64,000 nucleotides of DNA, from positions 1,920,001-1,984,000 of the forward strand of contig OZ243956.1 of NCBI GenBank assembly GCA_965214405.1, given 5' to 3'. A program made the position numbers and the translations under genes. Each line of letters opens with the position of its first letter. Within the stretch, counting starts at the first letter, position 1. The notes below the pieces were generated by a model, which worked only from the letters and a program-made list of their open reading frames with translations, was not told the origin of the DNA and searched no databases. Source of the DNA: Trueperaceae bacterium. Lineage in GTDB: Bacteria; Deinococcota; Deinococci; Deinococcales; Trueperaceae. This document shows, piece after piece, positions 57,413-64,000 of the stretch.

Positions 57413-57474
57413 ACCGTGTTGAGCGTCATGGTGGGTGCGCTGGGCCACTCAAAAAGAAAAGGGGAGACTGAACG

Positions 57475-58140
57475 ATGACGCAACCCTTGAATCCGCCCGA
57501 CTTCGCGGGACTTTACGTCGCCGCCGTGAGCGACGTGTTAGACGAGCTGGGTTACCGAAACCAGGTCATGCACCGCCGCCTGCGTCCGCTACTGCCGGAC
57601 AGAGCCGCCTGCGGGTTCGTCGGCAGGGCGCGCACGTTCCGCTGGATGGAGGTCGATTATCTCGACGAAAAAGACCCCTACGGGCTCGAGATCGAAGCGG
57701 TGGACTCCCTCGGCAAGGGTGACGTCGTGGTTCACTCGACCGACCACGGGGGTACAAACGCGCCCTGGGGCGAACTGATGTCCACCGTTTCCAAACGTAA
57801 CGGCGCGGTCGGGTGTGTTTGTGACAGCCAGATTCGGGACTGCGTAAAGATTATCGAGATGGGCTTCCCCGTGTTTTACGCGGGCATCCAGGCGCTCGAT
57901 TCACAGGGGCGCGGGCGCTTGATGGCTTACGACGTGCCCGTACGCTGCGGCGACGTCGTCGTCCACCCCGGTAGTGTGGTTTTTGCCGACTTTGACGGCG
58001 TGGTGGTCGTTCCGCAGGAGCTCGAGGACGAGGTGGTCGCGCGGGCGCGTGAGAAGGTGCAGAGCGAGTCGGACTCGAGAAGGGAGCTCCTAGCGGGAAA
58101 AACGTTGCGCGAAGTGTACGACAAGTACGGTGTTTTGTAG
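57475..58140 (+). CDS. RraA-family / HMG-aldolase-like protein
   Basis: VSDVLD, GRART, APWGELMS, DSQIRD, V.PG..VFADFDGVVVVP. Confidence 0.88.
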   Translation: MTQPLNPPDFAGLYVAAVSDVLDELGYRNQVMHRRLRPLLPDRAACGFVGRARTFRWMEVDYLDEKDPYGLEIEAVDSLGKGDVVVHSTDHGGTNAPWGELMSTVSKRNGAVGCVCDSQIRDCVKIIEMGFPVFYAGIQALDSQGRGRLMAYDVPVRCGDVVVHPGSVVFADFDGVVVVPQELEDEVVARAREKVQSESDSRRELLAGKTLREVYDKYGVL

Positions 58141-58489
58141 GGCATTCACCGACCATAGAGCTTCAACCAGAGCCGGAGCAGCGCGTGACCGGTAAAGCCA
58201 CCCAGAACCAGCATTAGGGGTAGCGGATGGATATCCTAGGTAGATATAGGTAGATAAACATCTTACTCACCTTCCACGAGGTTGTTTTTGAAAGCGAATT
58301 TAGGACGAGTTTAAGAAATGGAGAAGGCAGAAGGGAGAATAGAAAGGACATATAGAAAGGACATCCTGTATTCTCCTTTCAAGCTTTTGGGTGAACCTGC
58401 TACACCTTTGGTTCTCGTGCGTAAAATGAGTATTACTGAACGCTTGTAAAATGTTGCTTCAGCACTAGATTTCGGATGGGGCGTGACGT

Positions 58490-59239
58490 GTGACGACAAA
58501 GGAATCCGTGGTGAAATCGCCTGTTCGGGTGCAGGCTGCCAAGGAATCGAGGCCGGAAGCGGTCGCTCTGACCCTGGCTCAGCTCATCGTCGGTGGCAAA
58601 ATGGCGGTGGGTGACTACCTGGTTTCCGAAAACGAGCTGAGCACTCTCTACGAGATCAGCAGGCCCGTCGTGCGTCAAGCCATCCAGCGTTTGGCGACTG
58701 CGGGCCTGGTGGAAACGAGGCACGGCGTCGGCACGTTCGTCACCTCGAGCGACCACTGGAACCTGTTCGACCCCCTTATTTTGACCGCCTTTATAGAGAG
58801 CGACAATCTGGCCGCCATCGCCCCGGAACTCGTCGAGCTCCGCGTCATGGTCGAAATCGAATGTATAGGCTTAGCCGCCGAGCGCATATCGGCAGGTGAG
58901 TTGGAGCAGCTTGAACAGTGGCTTCAGCGTATGGAAAGGTATACCGACGATATCGAGAGGATAACCCAGGCGGATTTGGCTTTCCACGCCATCATCATCG
59001 GCGCGAGCCACAACCGCTTTTTGCAGGGCATCATGACCTACCTCAGCGAACCTCTCTACCGGGCGCGCTTTCTCAACATGCAGCTCGGGGGGACCGAGGG
59101 ACGGCAGCGGGCGCAGCGCGCACACCGGGCCATCTACACGGCGCTCGCGGCGCGCGACAGAGCGGCCGCTCGAGCCGCGATGGCCGCCCACATGCAACAA
59201 CTCGAAAAGGATATGAAAGCCGCCCTGTCTTCTTTGTAA
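58490..59239 (+). CDS. GntR/FadR-family transcriptional regulator (DgoR-like context)
   Basis: SENEL...ISRPVVRQA...GVGTFV; FCD domain ADLAFH...HRAIY. Confidence 0.92.
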   Translation: MTTKESVVKSPVRVQAAKESRPEAVALTLAQLIVGGKMAVGDYLVSENELSTLYEISRPVVRQAIQRLATAGLVETRHGVGTFVTSSDHWNLFDPLILTAFIESDNLAAIAPELVELRVMVEIECIGLAAERISAGELEQLEQWLQRMERYTDDIERITQADLAFHAIIIGASHNRFLQGIMTYLSEPLYRARFLNMQLGGTEGRQRAQRAHRAIYTALAARDRAAARAAMAAHMQQLEKDMKAALSSL

Positions 59240-59346
59240 GTTTGCTTGTGGAACCTAAGAAGCTACGCTCGACGCCGCCTATATTGACGCTTATATTTTA
59301 GACATTTTGTGTTCTAGTCCTGTAACTTAAAAGCGGCGCTTGAAAG

Positions 59347-59382
59347 TGAGGAGCTGTGAGATGAGGAGCTGTGAGATGAGGA
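59347..59382 (+). repeat. 15-bp tandem repeat TGAGGAGCTGTGAGA (2.4 copies) overlapping the dgoD RBS
   Basis: Seen directly in the sequence. Confidence 0.8.
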
Positions 59383-59389
59383 ACCGCTT

Positions 59390-60529
59390 GTGAAACTCCG
59401 CCGTATCGAAACCTTTCAGGTCCCCCCGCGCTGGCTGTTTGTGCGCGTCGAGACCGACGACGGGCTTGTGGGCTGGGGTGAGGCGAGCTTAGAAGGCTAC
59501 GCCGAAGCCGTGGCGGGCGCGTTTGAAGCCCTTAAAGACCGCTTCCTGGGCCGCGACCCCGCCCGCATCGAAGACCTCTGGCAGCTCGCCTATAGGGGCG
59601 GCTTTTACCGGGGCGGGCCGGTGCTGATGAGCGCCCTTTCGGGTTTTGACCAGGCGCTCTGGGACCTCAAGGGCAAAAGTTTAGGGCGGCCCGTGTGGGA
59701 CCTTTTGGGCGGCAGGGTGCGCGACCGCGTCCAGGCGTACGGCTGGATAGGCGGCGACCGACCCGCCGATGTGGCCGCCGCCGCGCGCGCGAGAAGAGCG
59801 CAGGGCTTTAACGTCGTCAAAATGAACGGCACGGCGGAGTTGGGTTACATCGAGGGAGACGGAGCGCTGCGCGAGGTTGTCAAGCGGGTCGCGGCGGTCA
59901 AGGCCGAGGGATTGGAGGTCGGCGTCGATTTTCACGGGCGGGTCCACGGGGGCATGGCGAAAAGGCTCGTTAACAAGCTCGAGCCCCTAGAACCCCTCTT
60001 CATCGAAGAGCCCGTTTTGAGCGAAAACCGCGAGGCGCTCGAAAGCATCGTCCGGTCCACCTCCTTGTCCATCGCTTTAGGCGAACGGCTCTACAGCCGC
60101 TGGGACGTCAAGCCCTTTTTGCAGGGCGGCTTGGTCGACATTTTGCAGCCCGACGTGTCGCACGCGGGGGGCATCTCCGAAACGAGGCGCATCGCGGCGA
60201 TGGCCGAAGCCTACGACGTGGCGGTCGCGCCCCACTGCCCGCTCGGGCCGCTCGCGCTGGCCGCGTGTTTGCAGGTCGCGGCTTGTACGCCGAACGTGGT
60301 GTTGCAAGAGATGTCATTAGGCATCCACTATCACGAGGGCTCGGACCTCCTCACGTACTTGCGAGACCCCGAGGTGCTCGCGCCCCGCGAAGGGTATTTA
60401 GAAATTCCTGACGCGCCGGGCCTGGGTGTCGAAATCGACGAGGCGCGCGTCCGCGAGGCTAATCGTGAGCCGCACCGCTGGCGCAATCCCATCTGGCGGC
60501 TCGCCGACGGGGGCTTTGCGGAATGGTAG
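59390..60529 (+). CDS. dgoD: D-galactonate dehydratase
   Basis: VPPRWLF, GFYRGGPVLMSALSG.DQALWD, VKMNG, DFHGRVH, FIEEP, GERL, APHCPLGP, EMSLGIHY, WRNP......G..AEW. Confidence 0.92.
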   Translation: MKLRRIETFQVPPRWLFVRVETDDGLVGWGEASLEGYAEAVAGAFEALKDRFLGRDPARIEDLWQLAYRGGFYRGGPVLMSALSGFDQALWDLKGKSLGRPVWDLLGGRVRDRVQAYGWIGGDRPADVAAAARARRAQGFNVVKMNGTAELGYIEGDGALREVVKRVAAVKAEGLEVGVDFHGRVHGGMAKRLVNKLEPLEPLFIEEPVLSENREALESIVRSTSLSIALGERLYSRWDVKPFLQGGLVDILQPDVSHAGGISETRRIAAMAEAYDVAVAPHCPLGPLALAACLQVAACTPNVVLQEMSLGIHYHEGSDLLTYLRDPEVLAPREGYLEIPDAPGLGVEIDEARVREANREPHRWRNPIWRLADGGFAEW

Positions 60530-61304
60530 CCGAACCCTTTCCTAAAGCTCTAAAAGGCAAACGCGTCATCGTCACGGGAGGAACCAGCGGCATCGGCGCG
60601 GAGACGGTGCGGCAGCTCCTCACGAGGGGCGCGCACGTGGCTTTCTGCGGGCTGACCGAAGATGGCGCCGCTCCCCTTCAGGCGTTGGCGGCGAGCGCGA
60701 ACACGCCAAGCTACTTCGAGGCCTTTGATTTGAGCGACCAGAGCCGGACGCGGGCTTTCGCGCGGGCCGCCATCACGCACTTAGGTGGTTTGGACGGCCT
60801 CGTCAGCAACGCGGGCACAAACTTTTTTCGGGGCGTGGCCGGGAGCACCCGGAGCGACCTCGAGGCCTGCTTCGCCCTCAACTTTTACCCGGCCTGGGCG
60901 CTGGCGTAAGAGGCGTACAGTAGCCTCAAGGCGTCGCGTGGCATTATTGTCACGATTTCGTCCGTTCACGCGGAAAAAACCACGGCGGGCAGCTTTCCCT
61001 ACAACGCCGCCAAGGCCGCCTTGAGCGCGCTGACCAAGTCGCTGGCGCTCGAGTGGGGCCGGACGGCGTCCGGGCCGTCGCCGTCGCCCCGGCCCTCATC
61101 CTGACGCCGCTGGCGGACGCGTATTTTGGCGCGCACGAAGACCCCGACGCCGAGCGCGAGCGGCTGAGCAAAGACCACCCGGTCGGTCACGCCGGGCGTC
61201 CGGAGGATATCGCCTCGCTGGTGCTCTACCTGCTGAGCGGCGAGAACACGTTTATCAGCGGCGCGACGCTCACTGTCGACGGCGGGATGAGCGCCCGGCT
61301 GTAG
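60523..61304 (+). pseudogene. Short-chain dehydrogenase/reductase pseudogene
   Basis: TGGTSGIG and SNAG, then in-frame TAA at 60907-60909. Reading continues to YNAAK, then a 1-nt loss near 61055-61060 before GPDGVR...VDGG. Confidence 0.85.
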
Positions 61305-61380
61305 GCGCGGTTCATATGGGGGCGCGTATGGGTATAAAAGCAGAGGGTTTAGCTCAGCTCTACACCCAGCCTGCGGTAAA

Positions 61381-62217
61381 TTAGGAACCTTGACCAGAGC
61401 CGACGCGCAGGCGGTACTGATGAGGAGATTGCCCGACGTGTTTTTTGAAAACGGCGTAGAACCGACTTGTCGAGGCGAATCCCGCGTCGAACGCGACGTC
61501 CAAAAGGTTCTTGTCGCTGTTAATGAGTAACTGTTGAGCTTGACCCACACGGTACTGGCTAAGGTAGGTCATTACGCTCACGCCGTAATGTCGTTTAAAG
61601 GCCTTCATTAAGGAGTTGGGTTTTGCGCCTACCGCCTCGGCGATTGCGCTGAGAGTAAGGTCTTGGTCGCTGTAGCTCGCCGCGATAAAGCGCGTGACGT
61701 GCTCGAGGCTGTTGCTTGCGTTCGGCTTTTCCCATACGGTCGTTTGCTGCTGACTACTTAACACCAACCGCCTCAAGCAAACTTGTAAGTCGGCGAGGGC
61801 CAGGCTGTGAAGTGCGGGATTCGGCCCCTGAATGTCTTCGCTGATTTTGGTAAAGATATAGTAGTGATAGGGCTCTTGGGTCGTAAACTGGATGAACTCG
61901 CCTTGCAGGATGCCGTCGTTAAAGGGTAAGTGCCAAGAAAGGAACTCCGAAACGGGCAGATGGTACCAGTATTGCAGGGTGTTTTTGGACGTATGTTTGG
62001 CGATATGTGGTACCGCCGCCCAGAAGACGATGAGCCTGGGGGCGGTCAGGTTGATTGTTTTATCCGCGAACACCCAGCGTATAGAACCGTACGCAAGGTA
62101 ATTCAACTCGACCTCGCTGTGTCGGTGAAGATTCGCCTGACCTGTATTAAAGTGGCGACCCGCCAGCAGACCTGTGGTGTAGATTCTGTTTTGCGCGTCT
62201 AAAGTACAGGTGTCCAT
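61381..62217 (-). CDS. AraC-family regulator (MelR-like)
   Basis: HRHSEVELNY, FWAAVPH cupin; HTH AFDAGFASTSRFYAVFKK..GQSP..YR. Start taken at ATG 62217. Confidence 0.9.
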   Translation of the reverse strand: MDTCTLDAQNRIYTTGLLAGRHFNTGQANLHRHSEVELNYLAYGSIRWVFADKTINLTAPRLIVFWAAVPHIAKHTSKNTLQYWYHLPVSEFLSWHLPFNDGILQGEFIQFTTQEPYHYYIFTKISEDIQGPNPALHSLALADLQVCLRRLVLSSQQQTTVWEKPNASNSLEHVTRFIAASYSDQDLTLSAIAEAVGAKPNSLMKAFKRHYGVSVMTYLSQYRVGQAQQLLINSDKNLLDVAFDAGFASTSRFYAVFKKHVGQSPHQYRLRVGSGQGS

Positions 62218-62224
62218 AATTTGG

Positions 62225-62274
62225 GAATTTTCTTCACAATACAGGAAGAAATTCTTTACTCTTTCCAATATACT
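62225..62274 (+). promoter_or_regulatory. Divergent promoter with inverted repeat GAATTTTCTTC...GAAGAAATTC and a TATACT -10 box
   Basis: Between AraC and the SBP gene; candidate activator site. Confidence 0.4.
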
Positions 62275-62378
62275 ACACAAGCTACCAATCCAGGCAGGGA
62301 GCAGTTGAGTCACAGGTGTTCGGGCGTATTCAGTTGTATTTGGTGCGTTTGTCCTACTTGTAAGGGAGGTAAGGATAC

Positions 62379-63623
62379 ATGAAATGCTTACGGTTAGCGC
62401 TTCTGGTTTTCGTGAGTGGCTTGTTTTGTACGAGCCTCGCTCAAACGCTAAACTTCATCGTCAATGCCGACGACTACAACGAGGCGATCGCGGGTTTCTA
62501 CGATGAGGTCGCCCAGATGTTCATGGAGATGCACCCTGGTACGACCGTTAACTTTGATGTTTTCCCCAACGGTCAGTTGGCGGACCAGATTCGTATCGAG
62601 GGCTTTGGCGGCGGCGGATTGCACGACGCAGCCGTGACCTTCGACGCCCCCGCGCTGGCCGCCGACGGCGTTTTGGAAGACGTCACCGAAGAGATCACCG
62701 CCTGGCCCGGTTGGGAGGGGTACACCGAGGGACAAAAAAGTCGCGTCAGTTTTGACGGTCGCGTTTACGGCGTTACCCTAAGCAACAACACCAACGGTCT
62801 TTACTACAACAGAGCCATGCTAGAAGAGGCGGGGGTCGACCCCGCGAGTTTAACCACGATGGACGGGTTTATAGCGGCGCTCGAGCAGGTCCGCGACGCA
62901 GGCCTGACCAGCGCAGACGGTGACGCTGTTTTCCCGCTCAGCATCAACGCCAGCCGCAGCGACTGGTTCACGTCCAACTTCATTTACGGCGCGGGCGGCA
63001 ACCTGACCGACGCCGAGCGCACCGAGATCACGGTCGACACGCCGGAGTTTGCCGAGGGCTTCTCGCTGTTGCGGCGGCTTTTCGAAGACGATCTGGCGGC
63101 GCTGCCCGACGGCGATTACGGCATCAACCGGGGTCTCTTTGAGCAGGGGAAAGCCGCCTTTTGGATTTCGGGCGAGTGGGACGCGAGCGTTTTGCGTGAC
63201 GCCCTGGGAGACGAGCTTGGTTTCATAGCGCAGCCCGTCTGGAAGCGCGGCGCTGTGCCCTTAGGCGGCGCGGAGTGGGTCGTTCCCATCGGCTCACCCA
63301 ACCGCGAGCTCGCCACCGACTGGCTCTTACTGCTCGTTTCAAAGCCCGTACAGCAGCTCGCTTTTGAAAAGTACGGGCGCGTGCCCGTCGAACTGGAAGG
63401 TGCGGTCGTGGGCGCGGAAGACGACCCCATCTTGAGCGTCATCCTCGAGTCTGTAAAGAACAACGCCGTGCTCCTGGATTCAAACCGTTTTCCCGACGCG
63501 CCTGAAGTGAGCAACTTATGGTTCGAGCTTATCGATGAGGTGATCTATTCGGATACCCCGATTGAGGAGCTGCTTTCGGACTACCAAAGCCGTATCGACG
63601 CAGCGTTTGCAGCAACCCAGTAG
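62379..63623 (+). CDS. Sugar ABC transporter substrate-binding protein
   Basis: Signal peptide SLA-Q; GLYYNRAMLEEAGV, FEQGKAAF.ISGEW. Confidence 0.9.
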   Translation: MKCLRLALLVFVSGLFCTSLAQTLNFIVNADDYNEAIAGFYDEVAQMFMEMHPGTTVNFDVFPNGQLADQIRIEGFGGGGLHDAAVTFDAPALAADGVLEDVTEEITAWPGWEGYTEGQKSRVSFDGRVYGVTLSNNTNGLYYNRAMLEEAGVDPASLTTMDGFIAALEQVRDAGLTSADGDAVFPLSINASRSDWFTSNFIYGAGGNLTDAERTEITVDTPEFAEGFSLLRRLFEDDLAALPDGDYGINRGLFEQGKAAFWISGEWDASVLRDALGDELGFIAQPVWKRGAVPLGGAEWVVPIGSPNRELATDWLLLLVSKPVQQLAFEKYGRVPVELEGAVVGAEDDPILSVILESVKNNAVLLDSNRFPDAPEVSNLWFELIDEVIYSDTPIEELLSDYQSRIDAAFAATQ

Positions 63624-63688
63624 GGGTTGAAACCAAAGGTGAGGGTCAGGTCAACTCCTGACCCTTATTGCGATTGGCGAGATCATCC

Positions 63689-64000
63689 ATGAAAAGTCTT
63701 TGGCTGTTACTAAACAAACGCAGCGTCGCGCCCTATATTTTTCTTTTGCCGCTGTTTATTTACATCCTGGTTGTGTGGTTTTATCCCGTCGTGATGAACC
63801 TTTACATGTCTTTTTTCGACTGGGACTTTATCAGAGAGTCACAGTTTGTCGGGCTCGACAATTACGAGAAGATGTTTGCCGACCCGAACTTTTTCAAAGG
63901 GCTTAGAAACTCGGTTGTCTACACGCTTTTCTTGCCGCTTACGCTGATTCCCGCTTTTCTCGTCGCGGTCGTTTTGCAGGAGGTAAACTTTGCTCGCGGC
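63689..64000 (+). CDS. Sugar ABC transporter permease, 5' part (runs off the window edge)
   Basis: Manual translation MKSLWLLLNKRSVAPYIFLLPLF...MSFFDWDF...FVGLDNYEKMF.DP.F...LRNSVVYT; not in the ORF track. Confidence 0.88.
   Translation, partial: MKSLWLLLNKRSVAPYIFLLPLFIYILVVWFYPVVMNLYMSFFDWDFIRESQFVGLDNYEKMFADPNFFKGLRNSVVYTLFLPLTLIPAFLVAVVLQEVNFARG

Noticed and set aside
1..64000. tRNA, rRNA, integrase or att sites
   Set aside because: None recognised by eye; tRNAscan-SE and Infernal would be needed to exclude them formally.

Overview
GC-rich bacterial window; gene content and the very frequent CTCGAG hexamer suggest Deinococcota (Trueperaceae-like), which is inference only. It falls into five blocks. 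(1) 1-13.1 kb is a defence island: a compact MADS methylation-associated defence operon (mad2-mad5-mad6-mad7, running off the left edge, with no mad1/mad3/mad4 visible), a 1265-aa nuclease-STAND ATPase (Avs-like) and a DUF429-like nuclease-fold gene. (2) 13.3-19.8 kb is an ECF sigma/zinc anti-sigma module with three exported proteins, including a CHRD-CHRD-cupredoxin lipoprotein and a Tyr-rich Ig-repeat lipoprotein that share a duplicated N-terminal module. (3) 20-22.4 kb holds gene and IS debris (merF-like, IS982-like, TetR and GH114 remnants). (4) 22.5-41.4 kb is an apparently complete catabolic locus for alpha-1,4-galactosamine polymers (Pel/galactosaminogalactan type): a multidomain GH114, two ABC importers, GH4, two kinases, an SIS deaminase, an aldolase and a DeoR regulator with a recognisable TGAGCGA-N11-TCGCTCA operator. 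It is bracketed by two diverged copies of a ~160-bp structured non-coding element. (5) 42-64 kb holds further carbohydrate genes (sulfatase, PQQ-repeat propeller protein, orphan Opp/Dpp ATPases, GH2, ABC systems, RraA-like protein, dgoD, an SDR pseudogene, AraC). No rRNA, tRNA or CRISPR array was seen. All family assignments come from motif recognition, not from database searches.
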